This document shows, piece after piece, positions 45,794 to 56,051 of a stretch of DNA of 64,000 bases (position 1 is its first letter; the number at the start of each line of letters is the position of its first letter). Under the pieces are notes generated by a model that saw nothing but the letters and a program-made list of their open reading frames with translations, was not told the origin of the DNA and did not search any database. A program made the position numbers and the translations under genes. Origin of the DNA: Gemmatimonadota bacterium (GTDB taxonomy: Bacteria; JBHIER01; G020348925); NCBI GenBank assembly GCA_020348925.1, contig CP070758.1:4461775-4525774 (forward strand), in the 5' to 3' direction.

Positions 45794-46672
45794 GTGATAT
45801 CGAGTATGACCGGTTATGGGCGCGGCGAGTCCTGTACGAATGGCCGCCGGTATATCGTTGAATTGCGTTCGGAGAACAATAGATTCCTCGATATCTCCTT
45901 GCGGCTGCCCAAAACACTGGCTCCTTTGGAGCCAAGGGTGAAGCGTCTTGTTCAAGATTCAGTGACTCGCGGTCGGATCTCTGTGTCCTTGAGTGTCGAC
46001 GGTACCGAGGAGAGTGATCAGAGAATTTCCCTCGATGAAACATCAGTTCGATCCTACTACGATGCTCTTTCTGAGATGAAAAAAATTTTTAATTTACCAG
46101 GAGAGATCAGCCTCGATATTTTGACTCGCCTCCCGAATATATTGAAGTTTGAACCGAAGCAGGAAGATATCGAGGAGGAATGGAATCTCTTAGAGCCGGC
46201 GCTGCGGACGGCACTCGCGAATTTATCAGAGATGCGTAAGATGGAGGGGGCGCAATTGCAGACTGACATGGAGGCGCGTATCAACGTTCTCGAGGGTCTT
46301 GTCGAGGACGTGGAAGAGGAAAGTCCGAAGGGAGTTGTCGAGGCCAAAAAGAAACTTGAGGAGAGGTTAAAATCTCTCCTCGATACCGATCACATCGATC
46401 CGCTTCGATTGACCCTTGAAGTTGGATTCATTGCCGAACGGTCTGATGTGACGGAAGAATGCGTTCGGTTTCACAGCCACAATCAACTTTTCCGCAGCAC
46501 GTTGCAGGAAGGCGGTCCTATTGGGAAGCGACTCAATTTCTTATTGCAGGAGATGAACAGAGAGGCCAATACGATGGGATCGAAAGGCTTCAATGCAACC
46601 ATTTCACATATTGTTGTTCAGATCAAAGAGGAAATTGAAAAACTTCGAGAACAGGTTCAGAATATAGAGTGA
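45794..46672 (+). CDS. yicC: YicC-family stress-induced protein
   Basis: The N-terminus is MTGYGRGE. The C-terminal DUF1732 pattern LLQEMNREANTMGSK is present. Confidence 0.85.
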   Translation: MISSMTGYGRGESCTNGRRYIVELRSENNRFLDISLRLPKTLAPLEPRVKRLVQDSVTRGRISVSLSVDGTEESDQRISLDETSVRSYYDALSEMKKIFNLPGEISLDILTRLPNILKFEPKQEDIEEEWNLLEPALRTALANLSEMRKMEGAQLQTDMEARINVLEGLVEDVEEESPKGVVEAKKKLEERLKSLLDTDHIDPLRLTLEVGFIAERSDVTEECVRFHSHNQLFRSTLQEGGPIGKRLNFLLQEMNREANTMGSKGFNATISHIVVQIKEEIEKLREQVQNIE

Positions 46673-46791
46673 CGTCATGTGCGCTGTCACGCGGATATCT
46701 TGAGCTCAAACGAAAGAGTAGAAACTCGTTACCTATTCAATGTCCGTACCAGAGAGTTGTTCCCTTTTCTGAAAAGTGAGCGCATTCAGAG

Positions 46792-47421
46792 ATGACAGAT
46801 TTTTTGAAGAACTCAGCATTTCCGGTGGTCGTATCCGCACCTTCCGGTGCGGGAAAGACATCAATTTGTCGAGAGGTCGCTCGGGCACATCCTGATTGTG
46901 TTTATTCGATTTCTGTGACGTCTCGCCCTCGTTCGGCCACTGAACAAGACGGTGAAGATTATGTTTTTATTTCAAAAAAGGAGTTTGAAGAAGATATTCA
47001 AAAGGGTCAATTTCTTGAATGGACACAGATCCGAGGCCGTTATTACGGGACCAGGAAACAATCTGTCGAGGATGCGTTGAAGAAAAGAAAAACAGTCCTG
47101 CTGGATCTTGATGTTCATGGGGCTCGGACGATACAGGATGTATATTCAAATACGGTAAGTGTTTATATACTAAGTCCTTCATTGAAGGATCTTGAAAAGA
47201 GGTTGAAGGACAGAGGAAGAGATTCGGAGGAGGAGATTGCCTTTCGATTACGGACGGCCACCGAGGAGATGAAGCATATTGAGGAGTATGATTATGTCAT
47301 TGTGAATACAATCTTTCGTGAATCGGTTGAACGATTGCGCTGTATCATCGAGGCCGAGAAATGTAAGATCGAGAGGAAATCGGATGAGTGGATGGCTCTG
47401 TTGCAAGTCGAGAGAGCGTGA
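46792..47421 (+). CDS. gmk: Guanylate kinase
   Basis: P-loop SAPSGAGKTS, plus YVFISKKEFE and the GRYYGT motif. Confidence 0.9.
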   Translation: MTDFLKNSAFPVVVSAPSGAGKTSICREVARAHPDCVYSISVTSRPRSATEQDGEDYVFISKKEFEEDIQKGQFLEWTQIRGRYYGTRKQSVEDALKKRKTVLLDLDVHGARTIQDVYSNTVSVYILSPSLKDLEKRLKDRGRDSEEEIAFRLRTATEEMKHIEEYDYVIVNTIFRESVERLRCIIEAEKCKIERKSDEWMALLQVERA

Positions 47422-47468
47422 GGAGAACATCTCAGGGATCAACTCAATTGAACGGAGGAAAGAGATAG

Positions 47469-47744
47469 ATGACTCTTGTATCCTTGGAAGAGATTAAGAA
47501 AAGTGTCCCGAATGTATACGAAGCCGTTATGATAGCTGCGAGAGAAGCTCGCAGGATCAATGCGGAGCGACTGGCTGAAAAAGCTCAGTTCATAGAAGAA
47601 GAGGAACCGGTTCAAGAGCAGAATCTCCTGGGGGAGCACGAACAGACCGAAGTGAAGGAGGTGGAAGAGAAGGTGACGGTGGCAGCATTAAAAAGGCTTG
47701 CAGAGGGCAAGGTCGGTTTCTCATTTACGTCTGATGAGGATTGA
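47469..47744 (+). CDS. rpoZ: DNA-directed RNA polymerase subunit omega
   Basis: NVYEAVMIAAREARRIN matches the RpoZ core. The size and the gmk-rpoZ synteny fit. Confidence 0.8.
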   Translation: MTLVSLEEIKKSVPNVYEAVMIAAREARRINAERLAEKAQFIEEEEPVQEQNLLGEHEQTEVKEVEEKVTVAALKRLAEGKVGFSFTSDED

Positions 47745-47753
47745 ACCGGGAGG

Positions 47754-48959
47754 TTGAAAACGAACATGTGCACCGGGAAAAATATCCTTTTGGGAGTCAC
47801 AGGAAGTATCGCTGCCTATAAAAGTGCGGAGTTGGTTCGTGGACTTAAGGTGCGAGGAGCCGATGTTCATGTTATTATGACACGCTCTGCCCAGAAGTTC
47901 ATATCGGCTTTGACATTTCAGACACTCTCGGGTCATAGGGTGGTTACGGAAATGTTTCCACAGGAAGAGATATCCGTTCCTCATATTAAACTGGCGGAGT
48001 GGGCGGATGTGATCCTTGTTGCGCCAGCTACGGCAAACATTCTCGGCAAGGTCGCGTCGGGTCTCGCGGATGACATGTTATCCACGGTCGTTCTTGCCTC
48101 AAAGGCCCCCCTCTGTTTTGCTCCTGCCATGAATGCCCGGATGCTGAGCCATCCGGTCGTCGTTGATAATATCCGCAAATTGAAGGACCGCGGATGCACC
48201 TTTATTGAACCGGAAAGAGGGGAACTTGCCTGCGGAACTATCGGAGAAGGACGTTTGGCCGATCTCGAAGCGATCATTGACGGCGTGATGACTCTGTGTG
48301 ATCGTTCCGGACAACTCTCAGGCAAACATGTGCTGGTCACTGCCGGACGAACCGAGGAGCCTCTTGATCCGGTGCGGTTCTTGACAAACCCGGCGACGGG
48401 GAAAATGGGCTATGCCCTGGCGGAAGCAGCCCACCTCCGGGGTGCAAGGGTGTCGTTGATCAGCGGTCCAACGCATATCTCGCCACCGCCGGGAATTGAC
48501 CTTTTCAACGTGAGAACGGCCGAGGAGATGGCCCGGAAGGCCTTTGAACTGTACGAAGAGTGCGATATCGTTCTTATGGCTGCAGCTGTCGCCGATTTTC
48601 GGCCAAAAAACTTCTCGACTGAAAAAATAAAGAAGAACGGGGCCGGATTGACGGTGGCGTTGGAAAGAACAGAGGATATCTTGGCCGATTTCGGTCGACG
48701 AAAGAGCGGAAAAATATTGATCGGTTTCGCTCTGGAGACGGATGACGGGGTCGAGAACGCGACGGAGAAATTGAACTCGAAGAATCTGGATCTTATTGTG
48801 CTGAATTGCCTCGGGGAAGAAGGAGCGGGTTTTGGGGGCGATACAAATATTGTGACCCTCATCGATCGTTTTCGGAGGATAGAAAAACTGCCGAAACTGA
48901 CAAAGCGCGATCTCGCGAATAGAATTCTGGATCGGGTCGTGGACCTCGTAAACGAATAA
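47754..48959 (+). CDS. coaBC: Bifunctional phosphopantothenoylcysteine decarboxylase / phosphopantothenate-cysteine ligase
   Basis: GKNILLGVTGSIAAYKSAELVR is the flavoprotein N-terminal domain. VTAGRTEEPLDPVRFLTNPATGKMG is the CoaB domain. Confidence 0.9.
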   Translation: MKTNMCTGKNILLGVTGSIAAYKSAELVRGLKVRGADVHVIMTRSAQKFISALTFQTLSGHRVVTEMFPQEEISVPHIKLAEWADVILVAPATANILGKVASGLADDMLSTVVLASKAPLCFAPAMNARMLSHPVVVDNIRKLKDRGCTFIEPERGELACGTIGEGRLADLEAIIDGVMTLCDRSGQLSGKHVLVTAGRTEEPLDPVRFLTNPATGKMGYALAEAAHLRGARVSLISGPTHISPPPGIDLFNVRTAEEMARKAFELYEECDIVLMAAAVADFRPKNFSTEKIKKNGAGLTVALERTEDILADFGRRKSGKILIGFALETDDGVENATEKLNSKNLDLIVLNCLGEEGAGFGGDTNIVTLIDRFRRIEKLPKLTKRDLANRILDRVVDLVNE

Positions 48960-48995
48960 GAGCCTTTTCTGCAAGTTCTCTAGTATACAAAAGAA

Positions 48996-49670
48996 ATGTC
49001 ATCGCAAAACATGTGGGAAGTCGTATCGTTGGTAAAAACATATGTTCAGCAGCAAACCGAGCTCGGCACAGACGAGTGGTATATCGCCAGGCGAATTATG
49101 GAAAAACCTGGTCCGACGCGGACACTCTCTCAGTTGTGCCGTGAGGTCAAGGATTGTCGTAACTGTCATCTGTGGAGGACGAGAACCAATTTCGTCTTCG
49201 GGACAGGCCCTGATAACGCCGGTGTCGCCTTCATCGGTGAAGCACCCGGGAAAGATGAAGATCTGCAAGGGGAACCCTTTGTTGGAAGGGCGGGACAGTT
49301 GCTGACACGCATCCTGGAGGCGATCCAATTTCGCCGTGAGGACGTTTTCATTGGGAATATTCTGAAATGTCGCCCTCCGGAAAATAGAGATCCGGCACCT
49401 GAGGAGATCGAGCAGTGTCTGTCTCTCTTGGAGAAACAGTTACAAATCATAAGACCGAAAATCATCTGTGCCTTGGGTCGCATTGCTGCCCAGACGCTTC
49501 TCCGAACCAGCGCACCCTTGAGTCGACTTCGCGGTAAGGTGCACGACCTATACGGCATGCGGCTTGTTGTCACGTACCATCCGGCCGCACTTCTTCGAAA
49601 CCCACATCTGAAGCGGCCCACGTGGGAGGATATGCAACTTCTCAGAAGGGAGTATGATCGCTTGAAATGA
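48996..49670 (+). CDS. Uracil-DNA glycosylase, family 4
   Basis: The Cys cluster CRNCHL is present. Family-4 motifs FGTGPDNAGVAFIGEAPGKDED and GEPFVGRAGQLL are also present. Confidence 0.85.
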   Translation: MSSQNMWEVVSLVKTYVQQQTELGTDEWYIARRIMEKPGPTRTLSQLCREVKDCRNCHLWRTRTNFVFGTGPDNAGVAFIGEAPGKDEDLQGEPFVGRAGQLLTRILEAIQFRREDVFIGNILKCRPPENRDPAPEEIEQCLSLLEKQLQIIRPKIICALGRIAAQTLLRTSAPLSRLRGKVHDLYGMRLVVTYHPAALLRNPHLKRPTWEDMQLLRREYDRLK

Positions 49671-51073
49671 GACGGGGGATTCTAAAATCTTCGAATTCTT
49701 TGAAAGATGTGGTTGAGCGCGTTCCCCCACAGGCCCTGGAGGTGGAAGGGGCTGTTCTGGGAGCGATGATGTTGGAAAAGGAGGCGGTGGCCAAAACGAT
49801 TGAACTCCTCGACAAATCATGCTTTTATTCGGAGAAGCATGGTAAAATTTTCGAAGTCATCGTCTCTCTGTATGACCGAAACGAACCTGCCGATCTCGTC
49901 ACTGTCTCTGAAGAATTGAAGAGACGAAAGGAGTTGGATGAAATAGGCGGGCCTCTCTATTTGACGTCCCTTGTTGAAAGTACGCCCACCGCGGCAAATG
50001 TGGTCTATCATGCCAAAATTATTTTGGAAAAATCGTTACTCAGGAAACTGATTGCGGCCGCCACGCAGATCGCCTCGGAAGGTTTTGAAGGAACGGAGGA
50101 CCCTCAGGATCTCTTGGATAGGGCCGAACAGATGATCTTCAACTTGGCTGAAAAGCGACTCCGCAAGGGGTTCGATCCCCTCCGTGACATCCTCCATGAT
50201 ACGTTTGAGTCCATTGAGAAGTTCCATGAACGGAAGGGACATGTGATCGGTGTGCCGACCGGTTTTTTCTCTCTGGATGAGCTGACAGCCGGATTCCAAC
50301 CTTCCGATCTCATCGTCATCGCCGGCAGGCCTTCCATGGGGAAAACCGCCTTCGCGCTGTGCATCGCCCGACATGCCGCGGTCGAAGCGAAAATTCCTGT
50401 GGCCATTTTCAGTTTGGAAATGGCTTCGTACCAGCTTGCACAGCGCATGCTCTGTGCTGAGGCCCGAGTCGACGCCCATCGAGTTCGAACAGGACGGCTC
50501 CCTGACGAGGATTGGTCGCGACTCAGCATCAGTGTGGGGGCTTTGGCCGAAGCTCCCATCTTTATCGATGATACCCCTTCTGCGAGCGTCCTTGAAATTC
50601 GATCAAAGGCCCGAAGGCTCATGACCGAACATGACATCGGGCTCATCATTATTGACTATCTTCAGCTTATGAAGGGGCCACAGGCGGCCGAAAGCCGCCA
50701 ACAGGAAATTTCGGAAATCTCCCGTTCCCTGAAGGCCATGGCCAAAGAATTGAACGTCCCCGTTGTCGCGCTTTCCCAATTATCGAGAGCTGTGGAAGTG
50801 CGGGGAGGAAAGAGGCGACCCATCCTGTCAGATTTGAGGGAATCCGGTGCCATCGAACAAGATGCCGATATGGTCCTTTTTCTCTACAGACCGGAATTGT
50901 ATGATCTGAAGGATGAGAAGACCGGCGAAGCTCTCGAGGGACGCGCCGAGGTCATTATAGGAAAACAGCGAAACGGTCCTGTGGGCACAGTACGATTATC
51001 ATTTGTCAAAGAGTATGCGAGGTTCGAGAATCCCGCCTTTGAGGAAGGTCCCCCTCCTTTCGAGGAATTCTAA
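49667..51073 (+). CDS. dnaB: Replicative DNA helicase DnaB
   Basis: PPQALEVEGAVLGAMM at the N-terminus, Walker A GRPSMGKTAF, then IIDYLQLM and SQLSRAVE. Confidence 0.95.
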   Translation: MRRGILKSSNSLKDVVERVPPQALEVEGAVLGAMMLEKEAVAKTIELLDKSCFYSEKHGKIFEVIVSLYDRNEPADLVTVSEELKRRKELDEIGGPLYLTSLVESTPTAANVVYHAKIILEKSLLRKLIAAATQIASEGFEGTEDPQDLLDRAEQMIFNLAEKRLRKGFDPLRDILHDTFESIEKFHERKGHVIGVPTGFFSLDELTAGFQPSDLIVIAGRPSMGKTAFALCIARHAAVEAKIPVAIFSLEMASYQLAQRMLCAEARVDAHRVRTGRLPDEDWSRLSISVGALAEAPIFIDDTPSASVLEIRSKARRLMTEHDIGLIIIDYLQLMKGPQAAESRQQEISEISRSLKAMAKELNVPVVALSQLSRAVEVRGGKRRPILSDLRESGAIEQDADMVLFLYRPELYDLKDEKTGEALEGRAEVIIGKQRNGPVGTVRLSFVKEYARFENPAFEEGPPPFEEF

Positions 51074-51849
51074 TGGCAGACGATGTATTCATTTTGGGCA
51101 GGCGTTGTTTAAACGCCCTTGAACATTTTGGCGAAGCGATGATGTTGCTGGCTCGTATTTTCCGGGCCTTTCCCATGATCGTCAGAAGCTTTCGCCTGAT
51201 CTTCAATCAGATGATGGAGATCGGTATTCGCTCGCTCCCCCTGGTCTTCATCACGTCCGTCTTCACCGGAGCGGTCACTGCCTGGCAGGCAGAATATCAG
51301 ATGAAAGAATATGTGCCCATGATATTTTTAGGGACCGGAGTGAGTAAGGCGGTTTTCATCGAATTGGGACCGGCCTTGACCGCTCTGGTTGTTGCCGGTC
51401 GCGTCGGATCCTCGATCGCCGCAGAACTGGGAACCATGCAGGTTACGGAACAGATCGATGCCCTGGAAACCCTGGCCATCGATCCGGTCCGGTTTCTGGC
51501 CTTACCCCGTTTCGTGGCAGGTCTCATTATGTTGCCTATCCTCGTCATTTTCGCAGATTTTTTTGCCATGGCGGGTGCCGTTGTCGTGGCGACACAGTTG
51601 CTCAGTATTACGACTGCGACGTTCTGGGAGGGCGTAAAAATATTTTTTCACGTCCTTGATGTTATGGCTGGCCTTGTCAAAGCCGTGGCTTTTGGTGGAA
51701 TCATCGCTTTTATGGGCTGCTATTTCGGGTTCACCACCCGCGGTGGAGCGGAAGGAGTGGGCAAATCTACTATCAAGGCCGTGGTCTTTTCATCCGTGCT
51801 CATTCTTATCACCGATTACCTTATTGCCACGCTTCTGTTTCGAGTATGA
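51073..51849 (+). CDS. mlaE: MlaE-family ABC transporter permease
   Basis: The MlaE core is conserved (ELGPALTALVVAGRVGSSIAAELGTMQVTEQIDALETLAIDP). Confidence 0.85.
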   Translation: MADDVFILGRRCLNALEHFGEAMMLLARIFRAFPMIVRSFRLIFNQMMEIGIRSLPLVFITSVFTGAVTAWQAEYQMKEYVPMIFLGTGVSKAVFIELGPALTALVVAGRVGSSIAAELGTMQVTEQIDALETLAIDPVRFLALPRFVAGLIMLPILVIFADFFAMAGAVVVATQLLSITTATFWEGVKIFFHVLDVMAGLVKAVAFGGIIAFMGCYFGFTTRGGAEGVGKSTIKAVVFSSVLILITDYLIATLLFRV

Positions 51850-52592
51850 TCGACATCGTTCATGTAAAGAAGTCGTTTCATGGAGTCCAAGTCCTGGGGG
51901 ATGTGAACCTCCGGATCAAAAGGGGTCAGGCGACCGTTATTATTGGCCGAAGCGGCTGTGGAAAATCCGTGTTGTTGAAACATATCATCGGATTACTGCG
52001 ACCCGACTCTGGAGAGATTAATATTGACGGTCACGATATTACAAGTTTTTCGAAACGCGAGCTCTTTGAGCTACGCAAACGGTTTGGGATGCTTTTTCAA
52101 GGTGCAGCCCTCTTCGATTCGATGTCGGTGGGTGAGAATGTTGGACTGGGATTGCGTGAGCACACGGATCTGACCGACGTGGAGATTGCGGCGAAAGTTC
52201 GTCAGCGGTTGAAGGAGGTTGGTCTGCCAGGCATTGAGGAGAAAAGGGTGGCCGAGCTTTCAGGCGGCATGAAAAAGAGGGTTGGCCTTGCCCGGGCTTT
52301 GGCCATGGATCCGGATTTTGTCCTGTTCGACGAACCGACCACAGGCCTGGATCCCATTATGGCCGATACGATTAATGAGCTCATTTGTGCTCTGAACAGA
52401 AAAACGTCGGAGACCATTATTGTGGTCACCCATGATATCGTGAGTGCGTACAAGATTGGGGATCACATTGCCATGCTCTATGAGGGGCAAATCATTTTTA
52501 ACGGGACACCCGAAGAGACGAAGCATACCGAGAATCCCATTGTTCGACAATTCATCACCGGAAGCTCGGAGGGCCCTATCCAGGCATTGTAA
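51846..52592 (+). CDS. mlaF: MlaF-type ABC transporter ATP-binding protein
   Basis: Walker A GRSGCGKS, signature LSGGMKKR, Walker B VLFDEPT. Confidence 0.85.
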   Translation: MIDIVHVKKSFHGVQVLGDVNLRIKRGQATVIIGRSGCGKSVLLKHIIGLLRPDSGEINIDGHDITSFSKRELFELRKRFGMLFQGAALFDSMSVGENVGLGLREHTDLTDVEIAAKVRQRLKEVGLPGIEEKRVAELSGGMKKRVGLARALAMDPDFVLFDEPTTGLDPIMADTINELICALNRKTSETIIVVTHDIVSAYKIGDHIAMLYEGQIIFNGTPEETKHTENPIVRQFITGSSEGPIQAL

Positions 52593-53962
52593 TGGCGAAC
52601 GTGAAGCAAAAATCGATATTTGTGTGTCAGACCTGCGCTTTTACATCCCCCAAGTGGATGGGGAAGTGTCCGGAGTGCCAAGCGTGGAACACGTTTTCTG
52701 AAGAGCCGGCCGAACGTCTCTCGAGACACATCCACACGAAACGGCTGTCACGAGAGACGCTCCCTGAACCGGTCACGAGCGTCCTGAGCACTGAGGAAAG
52801 AAGGCTGAAGACCGACATCGGCGAGTTCGATCGAATACTTGGGGGAGGCATTGTCCCTGGATCCTTCGTTCTCATCGGTGGTGATCCGGGCATAGGGAAA
52901 TCGACCCTGCTGCTGCAAGTCAGCCACGCCATAAGTCAGCGCGTGGGACCTGTTCTCTATGTCTCAGGCGAGGAATCCGTCGAGCAGATCAAGCTGAGGG
53001 CCGATCGATTGAACGTCGCGAGTGAGAGACTGCTGCTTCTGTCCGAGACACGTCTCGATTCTTGCCTCGATCAGGTTCGGAACACGAAACCCGTCATGGC
53101 CATCATTGATTCAATACAAACCATGTTTGCATCACATCTGGAGAGCGCTCCAGGAAGTGTGAGTCAAATTCGTGAGTGTGCCGCTCATCTTATGCATGTT
53201 GCAAAAGGTGAACAGATACCGATATGTATTATCGGCCATGTGACGAAGGATGGGTCCCTGGCCGGTCCCCGTATGTTGGAGCACATGGTTGATACCGTGC
53301 TCTATTTCGAGGGAGAGCGCCACCACGCGTTTCGAATTTTGAGGGCCGTGAAAAATCGATTCGGATCGACCAACGAGATCGGGGTTTTTGAGATGAAGGC
53401 GGCGGGTTTGCGAGAGGTGGCGAATCCTTCGGAGCTCTTACTGGCTGAGCGGCCCGAGCACGTTTCAGGATCCATCGTCGTGTGCAGCGTTGAGGGGACG
53501 AGACCTCTTCTGGTCGAGCTCCAGGCGTTGGTCAGCCCGACCAACTACGGCCTTCCTCAGCGCGTGGTTTCGGGCATTGATCACCGCCGTCTGTCGCTCT
53601 TGATCGCCGTTTTGGAGAAGCGGGCCGAATTAAAATTGGGGGCTCACGATATCTTTGTGAACGTGGCCGGTGGTGTTCGAATCGATGAGCCCGCCGTTGA
53701 TCTGGGGACGGTCGCAGCAATTGCTTCAAGTCTCAAGGATGAACCGGTGGACTCCAGAACGGTGGCCATAGGTGAGGTTGGTTTGGGGGGGGAAGTGCGA
53801 GCCGTCAGTCACATTGAAAAAAGGATAGGAGAAGCGGCAAAACTCGGTTTTACCCGATGCGTCTGTCCGGAGAACAATGTGAAGGGACTGAGAAAGAGAG
53901 GCGACCTTGTTGTCGCGGGAGTTCAGACGGTTGCCGAAGCGCTCTGTCTCCTGCTGGATTGA
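52592..53962 (+). CDS. radA: DNA repair protein RadA/Sms
   Basis: Zn-finger CQTCAFTSPKWMGKCPEC, Walker A GDPGIGKST, KNRFG, and a Lon-like C-terminal domain. Confidence 0.95.
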   Translation: MANVKQKSIFVCQTCAFTSPKWMGKCPECQAWNTFSEEPAERLSRHIHTKRLSRETLPEPVTSVLSTEERRLKTDIGEFDRILGGGIVPGSFVLIGGDPGIGKSTLLLQVSHAISQRVGPVLYVSGEESVEQIKLRADRLNVASERLLLLSETRLDSCLDQVRNTKPVMAIIDSIQTMFASHLESAPGSVSQIRECAAHLMHVAKGEQIPICIIGHVTKDGSLAGPRMLEHMVDTVLYFEGERHHAFRILRAVKNRFGSTNEIGVFEMKAAGLREVANPSELLLAERPEHVSGSIVVCSVEGTRPLLVELQALVSPTNYGLPQRVVSGIDHRRLSLLIAVLEKRAELKLGAHDIFVNVAGGVRIDEPAVDLGTVAAIASSLKDEPVDSRTVAIGEVGLGGEVRAVSHIEKRIGEAAKLGFTRCVCPENNVKGLRKRGDLVVAGVQTVAEALCLLLD

Positions 53963-53984
53963 GACAAACCCGGTGTCTGGGAAA

Positions 53985-55103
53985 ATGGACTTGAAATTTA
54001 CCGTAACAAAGGAGGATATGCACTCTTCGGCCCGCGCAGGGGTATTGTCCACGCCACACGGTGCTGTCGAGACGCCTGTGTTTATGCCTGTGGGCACACA
54101 GGGAACTGTAAAGACGCTCTCTCCCAAGGATTTGAGGGACGCCGGGGCACAAATTGTTTTGGGAAACACGTACCATCTCTATTTGAGACCCGGTTCCGAT
54201 GTGATCGCCGAGGCGGGTGGATTGCATTCCTTTATGAGCTGGGAAGGACCTCTCCTGACGGATAGCGGTGGGTACCAAGTCTTCAGTTTGGCCGATCTGA
54301 ACAAAATTACCGAAGATGGGGTGACGTTTCAATCGCATTGGGACGGATCGTACCATCTCTTTACACCGGAGAAAGTAATCCAGGTTCAAATCGCCCTGGG
54401 GGCGGATATCATAATGATCCTTGATGAATGTACGCCGTACCCATGCTCCTATGAGTATGCGCGACGGTCCAATGACATGACCCTGCGCTGGGCGCAGAGG
54501 TGCCGGATTGAGCATAACAATAAGGACGGTCAGGCATTATTTGGCATTGTTCAAGGGAGTACGTTTCCGGATCTGAGGGAGAGGAGTGCCAAGGCTTTGG
54601 TTGACATTGGGTTTGATGGCTACGCGATCGGCGGTCTGGCGGTGGGTGAACCGAAATCGGTCATGTATGAAATGATTGAGGCCGCCGTGGCCCATCTGCC
54701 CCAGGGGCACCCTCGATATCTCATGGGGGTCGGAAAGCCTGAGGATCTTGTGCGGGGCGTTTCTTCGGGGCTGGACATGTTCGATTGTGTCATTCCCACG
54801 AGAAACGGCCGTAATGGAACGCTTTTTACGTACCGCGGGAAACTCGTTGTAAAGAATGCGGAATATGCAAAAGATTTCGAACCGATCGACCGCACATGTT
54901 CCTGTTATACCTGTCGGACCTTCACCAGGGCCTACCTCAGGCACCTTTTTCATGCCGGAGAGATGCTGGCCCCGAGGCTGGCCACACTCCACAACATTCA
55001 TTTCTTTTTAGACTTGATGAAACAGATGCGAGAGGCTATATTGGAAGGTTGTTTTCTGAGCTGGCGCACAGATTTTGAAGAGAACTATGCAAACGAATCA
55101 TAA
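53985..55103 (+). CDS. tgt: tRNA-guanine transglycosylase (queuine tRNA-ribosyltransferase)
   Basis: TPVFMPVGT, LGNTYHL, LTDSGGYQV, GLAVGE, and the Zn site CSCYTC. The ORF track starts at 53907; ATG 53985 (MDLKFTV) avoids overlap with radA. Confidence 0.95.
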   Translation: MDLKFTVTKEDMHSSARAGVLSTPHGAVETPVFMPVGTQGTVKTLSPKDLRDAGAQIVLGNTYHLYLRPGSDVIAEAGGLHSFMSWEGPLLTDSGGYQVFSLADLNKITEDGVTFQSHWDGSYHLFTPEKVIQVQIALGADIIMILDECTPYPCSYEYARRSNDMTLRWAQRCRIEHNNKDGQALFGIVQGSTFPDLRERSAKALVDIGFDGYAIGGLAVGEPKSVMYEMIEAAVAHLPQGHPRYLMGVGKPEDLVRGVSSGLDMFDCVIPTRNGRNGTLFTYRGKLVVKNAEYAKDFEPIDRTCSCYTCRTFTRAYLRHLFHAGEMLAPRLATLHNIHFFLDLMKQMREAILEGCFLSWRTDFEENYANES

Positions 55104-55151
55104 CACGGAGAAATCCGGTCGGTTCACGACATTACTGTAGGAGGTGAATCT

Positions 55152-55493
55152 TTGATTGAGGAAGCTTTTGCAATGGGAACGGGAGGGGGTGGGAGCGGTG
55201 GTGGTGGATTCATGGCGCTGTTGCCCATCATCCTTATGTTTGCCATCATCTACTTCCTTCTTCTTCGTCCTCAACAGAAGCGGCAACGACAGCAGCAGAT
55301 GATGCTCGATTCCCTGAGAAAGGGGGACCGGGTGGTGACAGCCGGCGGGATCTTTGGCACGATTGTCGGTATCAAGGAGAAGCAAGGCGTTGTGGTCCTG
55401 CGTATTGCGGATTCCGTGAAGGTCGAGCTGGCCAAGGCTTCCGTTGCCAGAATTCTGAAAAAAGGCGATGATGATGAGGGGGAAGAAGCGTAA
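55152..55493 (+). CDS. yajC: Preprotein translocase subunit YajC
   Basis: LLPIILMFAIIYFLLLRPQQKR....L.KGDRVVTAGGIFGTIV is the YajC signature. Confidence 0.9.
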   Translation: MIEEAFAMGTGGGGSGGGGFMALLPIILMFAIIYFLLLRPQQKRQRQQQMMLDSLRKGDRVVTAGGIFGTIVGIKEKQGVVVLRIADSVKVELAKASVARILKKGDDDEGEEA

Positions 55494-55496
55494 GCG

Positions 55497-56051
55497 ATGT
55501 ATCGCATTCGAGTATACGGTGATCCCGTATTGCGGAAGCAGGCGCAACCAATAACGGAGATCGATGCATCACTTCGAACACTGGTTGACCAAATGTTTCA
55601 AACAATGTGGCAGGCTGAAGGTGTGGGTTTGGCCGCGCCGCAAATTGGTCGATCGATTGCCCTCACAGTTATCGATCCGAGACCTCTGCAGAAAGACACG
55701 GAGCCCCTCGTCATCCTCAATCCGCGTATTGTCGAAGAGCGCGGTGCTTGCGGTTTTGAAGAGGGGTGTCTGAGTGTCCCTGAGATCAAACAGGACGTGA
55801 TCCGTTCTGAATTTGTTGTTGTTGAGGGGATGGACCTGGAGGGAAAGACTCTTCGTATTGAAACGGGCGATCTGTTGGCAAGAATTCTGCAACACGAAAT
55901 CGACCACCTCAACGGCACCCTCTTCATTGACCGGCTCGCTACTGTCCAGAGACAGATGGTCCAGGCTCAACTGGATGCCATCGAAAAGAGACAGAGGGTG
56001 CAAACTCGGATCAAAGCGAATGCGAAGACACGCGGGCAGGATGGAGTATGA
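55497..56051 (+). CDS. def: Peptide deformylase
   Basis: The three motifs GVGLAAPQIG, EGCLS and HEIDHLNG are present. Confidence 0.95.
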   Translation: MYRIRVYGDPVLRKQAQPITEIDASLRTLVDQMFQTMWQAEGVGLAAPQIGRSIALTVIDPRPLQKDTEPLVILNPRIVEERGACGFEEGCLSVPEIKQDVIRSEFVVVEGMDLEGKTLRIETGDLLARILQHEIDHLNGTLFIDRLATVQRQMVQAQLDAIEKRQRVQTRIKANAKTRGQDGV